Of a DNA stretch of 64,000 nt, positions 1 to 16,036 are shown piece by piece. The stretch is from positions 930,001 to 994,000 of the forward strand of contig NW_026515673.1 of assembly GCF_025526975.1 (NCBI RefSeq), given 5' to 3'. The position numbers were made by a program, and so were the translations under genes. Position 1 is the first letter of the stretch. Each line of letters opens with the position of its first letter. The stretch comes from Fimicolochytrium jonesii. Lineage: Eukaryota. The notes beneath the pieces were generated by a model that saw only the letters and a program-made list of their open reading frames with translations, was not told the origin of the DNA and ran no database searches.

Positions 1-1723
1 GCGCGGCGTTGGCGTTCGGTCTATAAACCACCGCCGAGAATGAGTAAGCTTGCGTATGGTGACCGCCGGACATGGGTAAACGAACCTCGAGAACGATCTG
101 AATCATCGTCATCCGGCTAGCGACGGCGGTGAGCATGAACCACTTCTTTTGCATGGCTTCGCCTCGGCCTAGTTGCTCTTTTTCTTTTAGACGTAACGCT
201 TCCTGCGATTGTCGATGTGTACCATGGACCGGTCAGAATGCTGTTCAATCAGTTTATGCAGAGTTGCTACTCACTACGGCCGTCTCTTTTTTGGCCAGAG
301 CTGCCATCTTCTCTCGCCATTTTTCCAGGTCCTGTGCTCGCTTCCGGGATCGGATCTCTTGCATGTGGTGACTTCTTTGCTCTCTCTGGGAAGAGAGTGC
401 ATAATCAGTCACGAACTTGCCAGCGGGCGGATTCCAATGCGTTGCTGACTTACAGCGCTTGCCAGCCTTTGCCGCCGAACTTGAGGCAGTTGCTCTTGCA
501 CTGTTAGCTTGTTGGCTCGCACCATATCCGCTGGAGCCGTTCGCGCACGATTCAAGTCCATCGCTCGGTAATCCGCTGTATCAAAACAAAAGTTGCCTCT
601 TTAGTCATCATAACGGCCTCGTCGAACAAGCCCGCAATCCTCAACTCACATATCCGATTCTGGAACAAATCCCACTCAGACTGATTCGTCTTCAGCGTCT
701 CTATCCGCTTCTCCAGTTCCGCTGCTATCACCCGTATCGGCTTCCTGCCCGCCAGCGTCTTGTTCTCGAGCTGCATGTCAAACATGGGCGATTGGTGATG
801 GGTGGCGGTGGTGGGCGATTTTTCGGCCTTGCGGCGCTTTCCGCCTTTGTCCAGATCCCCGGCTAAAAGGGAGGTGGTGCTCTGTGTTCGGTCGTCGAAG
901 TTCTTTGCTCGCTCTATGCATTCATAATGAACGTTTCTGAGTTCCCGGTCCTGGAAAACGCAAAGCCTGAGTTTTATAACTCACCAAAAAGCTTCTGAAT
1001 ATCCAGCAGGTTCCTCTCGAACCCTCCATGTCTATCATCAGTATCGAAACTATACAACGCTCTATCATGTGCCCGGAGGTTCCCGCGTCCATTCCCTCCA
1101 TATCCCCGACCTTCCGGCCCCATAGCCTTGTTCAGCAACCCGATAATCGCGTCCAGTCTCACGTTCTGCTGCAAAATCGGGGTCGAGATCGTTGGCATCC
1201 TATACGGCCCCCCCGTCTCTGGCGGTGGTGGGTACGGAATCGTCTTTGCGCCATTTGCATCGTCGCTCCATATGCTCTCGCTCGGCTGCGCATCTTCCTC
1301 ATTTGCCGATCGCTGATGTTGCGATATCCCCAACGCCGCAGGCGCAATCAACGCCTCTAGGTCCCGTTTCCCTAGATTCGTGGAGGTCCCACTTGCGATA
1401 AGTCGTTGGACCAGTGTTTGTACATCCTGACTGCCTAATTGCATTTTGTATATCGACCCCGGCCGGCTCCTCCGCATGCGTCCGGGCAATTCGCCCAACA
1501 TTCCGGGAACTCTCGTCGCCCCGTACCCATTGGCGGGGGCATCGCGAGTCGGGCTAAATGCCGCCAAAGGGGTTTCCCCGGACTTCTGGGCGGTGACGCC
1601 TAGAGGTAATCGGTAGGCATTTTGATCTATATCCCTTGGGTTCTCATTCTGGGTCTTGTTTGCAGCGTCCAAATGCCGTCCGCCTATTTGAGGGAGATAC
1701 GCCGTCTGAGAGACTGCTGTCAT
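1..1723 (-). CDS. Hypothetical multi-exon protein with charged coiled-coil-like segments; 3' end runs off the window
   Basis: ORF 974-1723 ends at a GTGAGT donor and splices in frame (..CATAG acceptor near 915) into the 552-785 ORF. Further short exons give REQRSHHMQEIRSRKRAQDLEKWREK and QKKWFMLTAVASRM. No family recognised. Confidence 0.55.
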
Positions 1724-2828
1724 TGTGAATCGATCTGCGGGTTGAAGTTAGGGCTTGTCCGTCACATTGAAAACATATGAGTGTATGCATTGTTTACTCA
1801 CAGTAACTCCAATGAACCAGCGGGCTGCAAGGCTTGCTTGGGATTTTCTACTGTCAATATATATACAGTCTGCCGGAAAGTTGGTTTTTCCATGATGACA
1901 CTGATGCGTTTCGAGATGCCCGACGAGGGAAAGAATATCGACACCGCGAAGGTCTGATTACATAAGCACAATGAACTGCATCTGACGGGGCCTCCGAAAA
2001 AACAGAATTGAGAGGTTTTGTTCTGTTGAGGAGGGAATACATACGATCACATTCCTCTGCCTTCCGCTGAATTGGTAAAGAGCTTCATCATATCATGAAC
2101 GTACCCGAAAGCCATCGCATTGTCTCCTCCAAAACCGTGTCCGAACTCTGGAAAAGGCGCCACGGACGGACGTCCTCGAATCGTCGGAGCACCCCCACCT
2201 CTTATCGCCAATAAGCTTAAAACCGTTCTTTTCGGGGTTCACTCAGCGAATGATTCTCCTTGAACAGAACAAACTTTAAATGGCGGCACCAAGAAGGCGG
2301 ACATGCCGGAATTAGGATGTTTTGTCACCGGGACTGCAGGGACTGAAGCCGCATTCTGCACATCCTTGAATCCACCTATTCCGGTTTCTTTTGTCGGCTG
2401 CTCTCTATCAATTGCGAAGAATTAAGCTCACGTCAGTTCGCTGGACGCATACGACGGCGCAACGCGGCGAAAAAGCAAGGCGCATCCTGCACATTCATAC
2501 TTTTTGCAGAGCGCTACTGCTCGCGCACATTTTTTTCTGTTGACCAGCCTTTTAGGGCTCTACCATTGGCTGTAGTTGGCGATCGGCCACTGTTGATAGT
2601 TTTGGAAATTTCTCGTTTGACGCTGGGGACGAAGGTAGAATCAATGCATCATTCGGTCGGGTTCGGAAAGTTGCGATGCTGATTCTTCTGACTGTGCTTA
2701 GAATTGGACACGAGCAACCTGTCCCAGTTCCTTTGTTGCAATATCGATTCCCAATCTACACCAAGAGCGAATATCAAACATTCATCCATAGCTGTGGACG
2801 CATCGCTTTCCACCACCGAGAACCATAA

Positions 2829-5137
<2,309 letters not shown>

Positions 5138-5472
5138 GGGCGCTTGTCTGTGGGATAGCGCGGGGTGATACTTTGGTGTGGTGCATCCAAGCGTTCCCTT
5201 GCCGGCAGCGTAGACAAGAATAATGAGCGACCGTACAAGTGTATTTTCCTCCGTGCACTTCCCCAGAGCAGGAACGCAGAATAAACCATTTTATCTATCG
5301 GTTCACATCCCCTCCTGCGGGCTTGGTGCAAAGGGGTAGACACCTTCGTGTGTGTGAAATTTTGTTACAGAGTTACAGAGAGGAATATGTGCACTTCCCA
5401 TTGAATAAAACTACAAAGACGGTCCATACTCCCGAATCCCCAGCGTCCATGCATCAGCCGCGTGATCTCACC

Positions 5473-8400
5473 TCAAGGGTTATTCCGCGCAGGCGACCCC
5501 GCCTCCCCCATCACCGCCGCGCCTTCCGCCTTAACCCGCGCAGCCTCCTCCCTCCCCGCCTTCAGCCTTTCATACGCATCATCCTTCTCCTTCTCGCGCT
5601 CAAGAGCAGCATAGCTCAGCGCGGTGAAATGCTCCATGTAGTATTCGCGGATGGCAGGGGTGCGGGTGTATGTGTTGACGAGGTTTGATGCGTCTAGTGG
5701 TGTAAAAAACTATCTTCAGAAAAACGCGATGCGACACCAATATTAGTCCGCGGGCATACCTTTCGCCCGAATGTAAATCAACGCATACGCATTCGCCGTC
5801 GATCCGGTCGTATCCGAAAACACCTGCGACTCCGGGACTTCCGTCACATCCGCGTCGTTGAATTTCAACCATCGATTTTGCGGCTCGTCGCGGAGGTAGA
5901 TGTAGTAGTGTCCGTATGATGCTTCGCCTGTTGCGAAAGCAGGTCAGTACAGCGGATCGCGGGGGGGCGTACATCAGTTCAGGGGAAGATACGTACCCAG
6001 ATGCACAAAGACGGCGTGGAGCGTATACCCCAATTGCTTGCTCTCGGCGCCGGCTTCGAGGAGAGATAGTTCTTGCACGAGCTCTGAAGAACGAAACGTA
6101 AACATCCTTGTGGACTTCAGGGTTACAGAGCAACGCAACAGCCGGGCCACTCTTACCAGTCTCAGAAGCCTGTTCCGACAATGGATACAGGCTCTGCGGT
6201 TCCGTCGCCGCATTCCTCTACCAACAAAAAAGTCCATCAATCCTCCATCCGTGTGCCCCTCCCTCCCTCCCACACCCCATCACACAACCCACCTGCTCCA
6301 CCAGCTTCCCCAACGCCGCCCTAACCTCCCCCAACTTCCTCCTCCGTTCCCGACTACTCTCGACATTGGCAGTCATATACGCATCCAAAAAGATCGTCGA
6401 ATCATATCGCATGTAGTCGTTCAGTTTATACGCCGTCTTCTTTTCGCGGTCGAATTTCGCGCGCTATGGGGATGGGCTGTGTTGAGTCATTAAGGGGTGT
6501 GGGGTGCGCTACGGGGGGTCGAAACCAAACGGGACGGATAAAAAAAAGGGAGTTTTTCGTACCCGTATTTGAAACATGAGGATGGGAGGTGCGTCCGTAA
6601 TCGAGAGCTCGCGCTCCGCTTCAGTGTTTTCGATATCCACTTTAGCAACGTCGAAATAGGAATCGAGCGACGTGTAGAGGTTATCCGCCACCTCGATGAT
6701 CAGGTGGCTGAATTCTTCGTTCTTGTTGCTTGTGCAGGGTTTGCCGTCTTTGTCCTTGTAGGAGAGGGTTTGGAGGGTTTTGCCGAATAGGAGGCTACAT
6801 ATGGTGTCCGGTTAGTGTCTAGGCCCCACATGAATGAAGCAGAAAGTGAGATAGCTAACCTCTTGATACAATTCTCCTTATCATTTTCCAGCAAAACCGT
6901 CTCCAGCAAGCCCATGATGTTGTCCATCGACTCTAAACTCTTCAAATCAGCCTCGCGCACCCAAAGCCATGCTTAAATACGCCGCACATACCACTGATAT
7001 CCTGCTGCCCCCCCGCCAAATTCTGGCTATTCAGCGCAATCCGCGCCAACTCCCTCGGTGGCGCAATGCTCAGCCGGTCGCTCCATATCAGTGAACTGAA
7101 CAGGTTTTGTAAAAGTCTAAGAACTGGGGTAGACGTTTGAGTACATATGCCTCGTTTCATGTGAGGATATTGTGACCCGCCCGCTCACATTCCCGCGCTT
7201 TCTTCCCATGCTCCTCCTTCCGCGTCTCCGGATCCGACGACAGCGAGCTCACCGACGCCTCCAGGTTCGTTCCGTCCGCAGGTAGCGGGGAATCAATTTC
7301 CATGGGCACCGGCGGCTCCACAGTGAATATCGCATCCCTCAGCTCGCGAACCGTGAACAGCAGCTGCAGCAGGGAGTTCAAGTAACACGTATTCCCAATA
7401 TTTTCCAACCCGGCGGGTTTAGTCGTATCCTTCACATCCGGCAGCAACGCCTCCTCGGCGCGGGTCACGCCGTCCATCGACTCATACACCTCGCCCGTTT
7501 CCAGGAAATGCTGCAGGACGCCGCTGTCACGTATAAACGCGATGGTCCGGAGCGCCTCCCTGTACTCGATCTCGCGGTCGGGGCGGTCGCTGATGGCGGT
7601 AGCGAATGCGCTGATGAGCATATCGTCGGTCGTTTCGGGGGATACGCCCATCCCGATGGTCGCGTAGGCTGCTTCGACTTCTCCGAGTAGTGGCGCGCCT
7701 TTGGATCGCTCGATGGCGACCAGTTCCTGTAGGTCGTTGCTGTTCCGCGCCTGTGCGAGCTGTGCGACCGCGTCGAGATAAATCGTCATTCGCGAAGGAT
7801 CGTGCGCGGTGAGGAGGTCGTAGAGCCAGCGGATGTTGCTGTCGGTGGCGTCACGGGTGGTGCCGAGGACGTTGTAGTGTTGTGCGAGGTCGTCTGCGGA
7901 GAGGCTTTTGAGGTAGGCGACCATATCGGAGCCCATCTCGCCTTGGACTTTTGCGCCGAGGTACTTTGTGATCAAGGGCACCGCGCTGAAATATTGTGGC
8001 CAGTCGTCGTCTAAGCCTGGGTTTCCTTCCTTTTTCCATCGCTGGAATTGGATCTCTTGTAATGCTAAGAGCGTTTTCGTCCTGTCTGCAGCGTTCACAG
8101 GAATGAACTGACCCTCTTCCCTATCGTAAGCGTATCCCATTTGTCCAAACACGCTTCGACTACAGAAGCATGAAAGTTCAGATCCCCATCGCTGATGTCC
8201 CCCAAATCTCGACCTCTTTCCCGCTCACCTATGCTCATCAACCCCAATCCACGCCGCAAAATTCTTATTCTGCGCATTCACCGGCCTCCTCTGCGTCCCA
8301 CTCACAACCATATCCCTCAAATACCGCGACCACATCCTCAATGCATTCCGCTGCATCTGCGTCTCCCTCGTAGCATAGTACCGCAGCGTCGCGACGGGTA

Positions 8401-8830
8401 TCACCGGCGGCCGGATGGTGAATTCAATCGGTCGATGACACTGACAGCATTCCGCTGTGTACTCCGCCTCGGACGTCGTTGTGGTGTCGTTTATCCCGCC
8501 ACCGCCTCGCCGGGTGACTTTCACGACATGGTAGTGGTGGAACGGCGCGCCGTGGATGATGCATTTCCCGTCGGGGTCGGAAGCAACGGGAGAGGGGAGG
8601 ATGTCGAGGTGAGTGAAGCAGTCTTTGCAAACGAACCAGCGGCTGAGTTCTTCTTGGGTGGGGTCGGCGAGGAGGACGGTGCGGGAGTCGGGGTTGATCT
8701 TGAAGAAGTGATGGAATGAGCATTGGGGTGACGCGACGGAGGTTGAGAGGAAGGAGAGGAGTTGGGTTGGGTCGAGGAGACGGAGGTCACCGAGGGCGGT
8801 TGATGGAGGAGGAGGGCCGCCGTTCGACAT
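5473..8830 (-). CDS. UBP2: Ubiquitin C-terminal hydrolase (USP/C19), fungal Ubp2-like, multi-exon
   Basis: Cys box GLENIGNTCYLNSLLQ; His box LHAVFVHLG..GHYYIY..WLKFND; Ubp2-type helical repeats (AYATIG..TDDMLISAF..YREALRTIA); Cys/His-rich N-terminus. Confidence 0.88.
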
Positions 8831-9584
8831 ATTGTTGGGAGCTGTGGTGCTGACAGAACAGGTATGGTCTCTCTTCGTCGTCCCCGCCCGTTCAGTCAAG
8901 ATCACTTGCTATCCCTGCAGGATTGCACACTTGGTTTCGCGAATGCTTCCGAGTTCTGTTTCAGTTCTTCACCCTGCGGGGTCGAAAAAGACCGACTTGG
9001 GAAGGATGTTTTATGCGGCTCGTCAAGTTTCCACGAGATGAGTGCGCTGTGACAAGCCGTACAGGCCAAGAAGACCACGTTGAGAGCGTTGTAGAAGCCT
9101 CAAACTGGAAGCGCCCAGTTTGCAGGGGGGTTTAGTTAGGGTTAGCGAGTGACGCTCGGTTGCGGACATCCGTTCCCTACTCCCAACTCCCACGTTTCTG
9201 TTCTTCCCATCTGAGTACGATCGAAGTCGACGAAAATAGGGAGCACTACCCTTCCACAGAGTCCACGCAAGCGAATCCTGCCAGATCTGGAGTTGATGTC
9301 CCACAAATCGAGCGAGAGAGAGAAAATGTGTTCAAGAGTAACGGTCTATATCGGGCGAACATCGTTGATGTACGCCAGAACGACCGTTCCCTCTTTGTGC
9401 GCGATGGTGGGAGTGAGCCGTTTGCATATGTGCCATGTGTATATATATTCTTCTCCCATTTGATGTATTCTACAATGGGAAAGGGGCCCCCCAACCGGTT
9501 TCTGCTTGATCCTCTCTCTATATCGTGCTGCTAGCAACAACCCAACTCAAAGTGAGCTACCCTCCGTCAGTCTCAAAGATCCAC

Positions 9585-10301
9585 CTACAAGGTAGCCGCA
9601 GACGGCAATGCACTCCCAACCTTGACGAACCCCTTAACACCCGGCACCTTCTCCGGAATCTCGTTAACCAGCTTTACATCCACCAATTCCCTCAACCTCA
9701 ACACATGTCCAGCCGCCCTCGGTCCCACCGCCCTCCACACAACCTGATGCCTCCTCAACAACCCCACCGCCTGCGCATGTTTCTTCGTATGCTTGCTCAA
9801 CCCATTGAGTCCCCGACGCAACGTGATCTCGTAGTAGCGGTACGGGTACGGGTGGGCGGGCGTGCGCTCCGACTCTGGGATGGTGGTGGGAGCGATACGG
9901 GGTCGGGCGAGCTGTGCGGCGGAGGTGATGCCGGCGGGGAAGGTGGTGGGGAGTGGGATGGCGGTTTCGGTGTCGGTGAGATGGCGTTGGGGGCGGGGGG
10001 TGCCGAGCTGTTTGCGGATGTGGATTGGGGTGGCGGGGGTGTACCGTTGCGGCTGCGGGTGGGTAGTGGAGGATCTAGGGGTGGCAGTCGAGGTTGGCGG
10101 AGGGGCAGAGAGTTGGGCATCGGTTGGTGGTCGCGGTGTGAGCTTGGACGGTGGTCGCCTTGGGTAGCGGCTGGCAGCAGACGTTGTGAAGAGGCGGGGT
10201 GCCGAAATGATCCCAGCTCCTCCTCCTGATGCTCCTGCTGCCAAACGAGCGGTGCTGGCGGCCGAAGAGTTCAGCCCAAGGGTACGGGCAAGAAACGACA
10301 T
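9585..10301 (-). CDS. Mitochondrial ribosomal protein uL30m (yeast Mrpl33-like) with long N-terminal extension
   Basis: C-terminal YYEITLRRGLNGL..AVGLLRRHQVVW..AGHVLRLRELVDVKLV matches the L30 domain; Arg/Ser/Ala-rich presequence; single exon. Confidence 0.85.
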   Translation of the reverse strand: MSFLARTLGLNSSAASTARLAAGASGGGAGIISAPRLFTTSAASRYPRRPPSKLTPRPPTDAQLSAPPPTSTATPRSSTTHPQPQRYTPATPIHIRKQLGTPRPQRHLTDTETAIPLPTTFPAGITSAAQLARPRIAPTTIPESERTPAHPYPYRYYEITLRRGLNGLSKHTKKHAQAVGLLRRHQVVWRAVGPRAAGHVLRLRELVDVKLVNEIPEKVPGVKGFVKVGSALPSAATL

Positions 10302-10647
10302 GGTTGGAAGTGAAATCGTCGGCTAGAAGAAGGAATTGACAGACGGTCGCCCCACGGTAAAATCTAGCAGCCGGCCTGTACTGAGGGTAGGCTATGCACA
10401 GTCCGAGAGGGCGACGAAGCGAAGCTGTGGTGGCTGCTGCTGTGGCTGTTGGTTGGAAGAGGCTGCGCCTTGTGCTGAGTGCGGAGGGCCAATGCCCGCT
10501 GGGTTGAGTTGGGCGGTGCGAGTCGTGAGAGGGGCCTCGTTTGTTTTTCGAGGGCGTCGTTATGGCCCTCGCGTCTCGACTCCATGTTCCAGCACTGGGC
10601 TTTTCCCAACACTCCCAAAACACACACAGCACCCAATACAAGCGACA

Positions 10648-11790
10648 ATGAGCTCCTCCTCCTCCTGCGACGTCTGCAAGGCAAAAGCATGGAAGGTATA
10701 TATCCACCGGAACTGCTCCCTCGCCTCCAGCCCCCAACGAAATCACCCCCTAAAATTCCCCTTTTTCCCAGTACAAGTGCCCCGGCTGTGCTCGCCGAAC
10801 CTGCTCCCTAGAATGCTCCAAGGCCCACAAAGCCTCGTCCGGCTGCACCGGCCAACGCAGCAAAACCCACTACATCAAGCTGAAGGAGTACACGCCTAAC
10901 GACATGTCCAGTGGTAAAGTGCCCAATATAACCCCGTCCCGGGTGCGCACTCTTTTTCTTCCCTTCCCCAAACTCACATCAAAACCTCTCACCCAGACTA
11001 CGTCTTCCTAGAAGACATCCACCGCACGGCGGACAACGCCTCCCGCGAAAACACCCGTCTCACAACCTCCCATCGTCCGCATTCAATCCGCCACCAACAC
11101 CTCCTCCGCGCCTGCCGGGCCACCTCCACCCAACTCACATTCATGCCCCCCGGGATGCACAGGCACGACATCAACCAGAGCGTCTACATCACAAAACATA
11201 AATTCCTCTCTTGGACCGTCGAGATCATCTTCCCTGACGCCCTAACCATCCCGGACTCAAATCGGGATAAACCCGTGGCGGTATTGGAACACCGCGTGAA
11301 AGACACGACACCCGTGAAAACCCTCCTCACCACCGTCCTATCCCCACACGAGGGTAACGCACTCCTCCTCCACCAACTCGCACCGTACACGGCGAAACAG
11401 GCGGATCAGTTATTCGTGTATCTGAAGGTGGAGGGCAGGCCGGCGAACGAGAGGGTTTATAGGGAGGTTGGGCACGGGGAGACGGTGCGGGATGTTTTGT
11501 GGGGTGAGAGGGTTGTGGAGTTTCCGACGTTTGTTGTTTGGTTGGGGCCGCCGGAGGGTGTGACTGTGTTGCCGTGTAGGAAGAGCAACACCGTCGTCAT
11601 ACATCCCGATGGAGTCGACGCAAAGCGAACTGGAGACGCAGAGGTGGACGATGGAGAGGTGGGCTCACCCGACGAGGGGATGCGCGACGACCCCACCCTC
11701 GAATCCGACGGCGCATCACCACCACAAGCAGAACCGACACCATCACCAGCCGCGATATCAAACGCCTTTGCAGCCGATTTCGGGCCTTAG
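10648..11790 (+). CDS. BCD1: Box C/D snoRNP assembly protein Bcd1/ZNHIT6 (zf-HIT), 3 exons
   Basis: Spliced N-terminus CDVCKAKAWKYKCPGCARRTCSLECSKAHK..CTGQR..SDYVFLEDI, then MPPGMHRH..NQS, WTVE and VVEFPT motifs. Confidence 0.9.
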
Positions 11791-12394
11791 ACCCCACCGA
11801 GGGCGGTCTCGGAGTCGCGCGCGTGGGATCATGACCGAAGATCACGGGGTGACGGCCTGCTGTACAGATCATATAGATAGATTGAAAGGATAGATGGGGA
11901 GTCTGTAGGATAGGCCCCCGTAGAGGCTGACACTTCTCTAGGGTTGCGTACGCAGCCGGGGAGCCAGAGGGAAAAGTTTTTGGAAACGTGCGGATATACC
12001 TTCTTTTTTTTTTTTTGGCCGCGGCGAGATACAAATCATGGGGGTCTTTTACCCAGATCCGTCATGTAGTAGCATACTGGGTCTCGAGTCCTCATCCTTG
12101 CACCAAACCCACATCATACCACCTACACACTCAAAACAACAAAAGATACATAGAAAAACCACAAAATACAAGTCCCTCCAAATAACATAATAACATAAAC
12201 AAAAGTAAAGAGCTAAGTTACTATTCACCGAGGAGGGTTGCGCCTGTTCGTTAAGAGTAAGGGGCGGGCTATTGTTTGTTCTTGCCTCCCCCATTCCCTC
12301 CCACTTTCTTAGGAACCCCCCCACCCCCCCCCCCCCCAACACTCCTTGTTACCCAACCCATAAACCCTTTCCATTACACGCCCCTGTCCCAACT

Positions 12395-15322
12395 TCAGTT
12401 GCCCTCGACACCCGCCCCTTCACCAGCCTGCACCAGATGCGCACCGGCACTCCCCACAACCACTTCGTGCGCCGCCGCTACACCTCCAGGCAAAACGGAA
12501 AACATCTGCGGCGCCTGTTCTTTGAGTTGTGACACAGGTGCGGGTCCACCTCCAGGCAAGACAGAAATAGGCTGTGAGACGGGCGGGGGTATACCTGACC
12601 ATTGTGGTGGCGTGAATGTCGTTGTTAGATTGGGTGGGGGTGGAATTTCGGTTTGCTGCTGTTGGTGTTGTTGCGGTTGGGTGGGTACGGATGGTCCAGG
12701 TTGAGCCGATTGGATCGGTTGCCTCGGTGTCGGTTGGAGAGACTCCACCGTCTGCTGTTGCTGTGCGGGCTGAGCCGCAGGCACGACGGAAGCAGGCGGG
12801 CGAGCCCCAATCCCGGGCGGACCAGCCGGATTCGGCGGACTCCCCAGCGCCCCCACATCCCCAAGTCCTATTCCTCCACCCACCACCCCCTTCCTCTCCC
12901 CCATCCTCTCAACCTCCTTCTGCCCCCTCTCATCCAACGGCTGGCTTATCCCGCCTCCATTCATCCCCAACACCCCGCCCGCCGCATAACTCTGATAATA
13001 CGCCGGTGCAGCCGGGTGAGGGAGACCTAGGGCTGCGCCTTGTTGCGTTATTGCTGGTAGGCCGGCGGTTATGGATACGGGGTGAAAGGCTGTGTCGGGG
13101 ATGAGGGGAAGGGTCGTTGCTGTTGAGTGGTTGAGGGGCACGACATGGGTGGGGGGTATGTAGGATTGGGGTGTTGAGGTGCCATTTTGGCTGTGGGGGC
13201 CAGCGGCGTGGGGTTGTTGATGGGTTATGGGTGTGCCGTTGAACTGCGGTAAATGTGACGCGGTTTGCGGTAAGAGGTCTGCAAAACCGTTCGGTGTACC
13301 CAATGCCGACAAATGAGACGTCGTGGTCATGACATCTTCCGTCACCGGCGTGCTTTCGTCGCTGCTGCTGTTGCTCAGGGATGCCTTGCGCTCCTCGCAG
13401 TTCTTGCAGACGAAATCGAGCTCTTCCCATTTCTTGATGTCGACGTTGCCCGTGTCGCCGTTGGCGCGGGCTAGGCAGGCGATGTGTTGCCAGACGTTGC
13501 ATCTGCCGCAGGCGATCATTGGTGCGCCATCTGAGAAGTTATGATTCAATGAGCATGATTGTGAGTTATAGTTCTCATATCGAGAGTTGGCTTACCGTCA
13601 AGATTCTCCCCATGAACCCCACATATACAATCGAAGTACCATCGATCTTCATCTTCCTCCTCCTCCTCCTTCTTCCTCCGCTTCTGTCGCGACGAGGCTC
13701 TCGATTTCAGCTCCGCAGACTGTGCGGCCGCAACCTCATCCAGCGTCGGCATGGGGCCATCGGAGACTCTGGGTATCTTGCGCAGCCGTGATTCTCTTTC
13801 CGCTATCCGTTGCTCGCGGGCTTCGATTCGCCTTATTCGTTCCTGCAATGGCCACCAATGTAAGAGGGGACAGTGCGCGATTGCGCTTCGAGTGAATGTT
13901 CAAAAACGCACCATTTCCTCCTTCGTCCGCTTATCCGCTTCCGCCCTCTCTTGTCGTTGAAGCTCCCTCCTCTCTTGTGCCAGCTGCTGCTGCCGCTTCT
14001 GCTCCTCCTGCTCCAGCTCCCGCATTTGCAGCCGCGACGACCGTTTACGGTTGGACATTGCTTCTTCCACTTTTTTAACTTTCTCTTTTGCTTGCAGGTC
14101 TGGTATCACTTTCGGAATGATCTCGTCCCTCAGGAATTGGCAGAAATCCTTTTCCAGCAGGCTCCTAGATCTAGCGAATCTGTCGGGGAAAGCTTCCCAA
14201 TCTTCGATCGTGGCACATTCCTAGGTGGGCGTCTTAGAGGCCTTGCAGTCAGACCAGACATCAACATCGTTTAGATCAAACTCACCAGAACCCAACCGGA
14301 TTCCTGTTTGCCGGATTGCCTCCGCCCTTTCTTCTTGTTCCCTCCTTTGGCTGGTGCCGCTGCTGGGCTTTCGCGATAAAGCCGATTGTCTATTGTAACA
14401 ACGTTAGCAAAACGATCTTACTCCATCGAGCGAAAGCAAACTTGATGCCGCACCGTCAAAGAGCCAGTATGTATTCCCTTTCGTATCTGTCCCGACAGGC
14501 TCTACTCTCTACGCCGTCGAGATATATTGTGAGATAACAGCCAGGGAGATCCGACGGTTTACGAAACGGACATCATACCCATTCCCCTTCATCCTCATCC
14601 CCAACGGCGGCGCGAAATCTATCCGTGTTATCCAACTGCCATTCGCAGAGGTGATAGAGTATGAGGACCTGCAAAAGTGAGAACTCGTCAGTCTCTGCAG
14701 AGTTTCCACCGGGAACCAACGATAATCTCCATACCCTTTCGCGAAGAGGCAGGTTACCGTACTCTGCGTCCGGACCACTGAGCTCGCACTCAAGCTCCCG
14801 TTTCGTGTATTCTCGTACAAGGTATTGCTGCCAGCTCTCGTATCTGTATCGCGTGGGAATCGGACTGGTTTAGGAGCTCGAATACAGAGGGCAGACACCG
14901 CAAAGCATAGCTATATGTTGCCTTACGTGATGAGTCTTGAGTTCGGGGGACCAAAAAGGGCTTTCAGCAAGCTGATGTGCAAGACGGCGAGGTTGTGGGT
15001 CAAGGTGTCGCTAATTAGCTGGTTCTCCAGATCCTGCACCCTACAACGTTAGCGGGGAAGACCAGCGAGTTTTGTTGGGCGAAGAGCAATCGTTCCCACC
15101 TCGGTCTCGAAGCCCTCCACCCGGAGGCCTTTACTGAATAGGTGCAGGAATTGACAAACGGAGGCAAATTCCCAGTAGCTGCGCAGCTCGGTGAGCAGGT
15201 CTGCAGGGAGTTTGTTTGCGAAGTTAGAAAGGGTGTTGGGGGCGACGTGGGAAAGTGCGGAAAAGGAAGATGCAAGCAGGCCGGGTGAGGAAACGCCGTA
15301 AGTTACCGTTCTGAGTTGTCAT
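12395..15322 (-). CDS. DDT/WHIM + PHD-finger chromatin protein (RSF1/CECR2-like ISWI partner), multi-exon
   Basis: LRSYWEFASVCQFLHLF (DDT-like); RVLILYHLCEWQL (WHIM1-like); KRSSRLQMRELE; PHD finger FDCICGVHGENLDDGAPMIACGRCNVWQHIAC..FVCKNC; low-complexity tail. Confidence 0.8.
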
Positions 15323-16036
15323 CTTGGAGCCACGAGCGGAGGCCGGGAGGGAGGGAAGCGCGCAGAAAAGGGCGAGCGTCCGAAAAAGCGCTGTCAATGC
15401 TCACAAGAAACAGGCCGATCAGCTGCTGCCCCTTCTAAATACTGTACGCACAGTGGCAATGGGCAGGGCGAGAAGCGGCAAGGTACAGTATATGTTGTAT
15501 GTATATGGCGAAGACGACCAAAGCTCGGCTAGTAGGTATGGCCGGCCGTATGGGGGGTTTTGAGAGGGCAGTCTGCTGAGGCTATTGCAGCGGGGGAAGG
15601 GCGACCGACAACCGAAAGGGGAGAGAGAATGCACTGAGGAACACGCTTTTCGGGGGCGGGGGGCAAAGTGGGGCTTGCGCGTGTTCTCCTGTAGACACGC
15701 TATTTCGGGCTATTCATTGCCTATGGCCGACACAATACACGCGGCGGAAGCTCCAGCTACTATCACAACGCTCCAAAGGACTTCAAAGACAACCCCACCC
15801 GCATACTTCTCTTTCGGACGCTTTGATATGCTGCTGTTGTCTCGGTCCCCCTGTAACGTGGCTTATACGATGGAACATTCCTTTGGACTCCGTCCCACCT
15901 CATCCGACGTATGTATGTATGTACGTGTGCGTCGTTTCTTCTCCCTCTCTGGGATAAAATATCGTCGGTAGCGTCGATAGGACAGTAAGAACAGCGCGAG
16001 GCCGATCGCCACCACGCCGCCGGAAACCCAGCAAAG

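Noticed and set aside
1892..1957. ATGATGA..CTGA, a possible box C/D snoRNA
   Set aside because: No convincing terminal stem and no clean rRNA-complementary guide recognised; needs a snoRNA scan.
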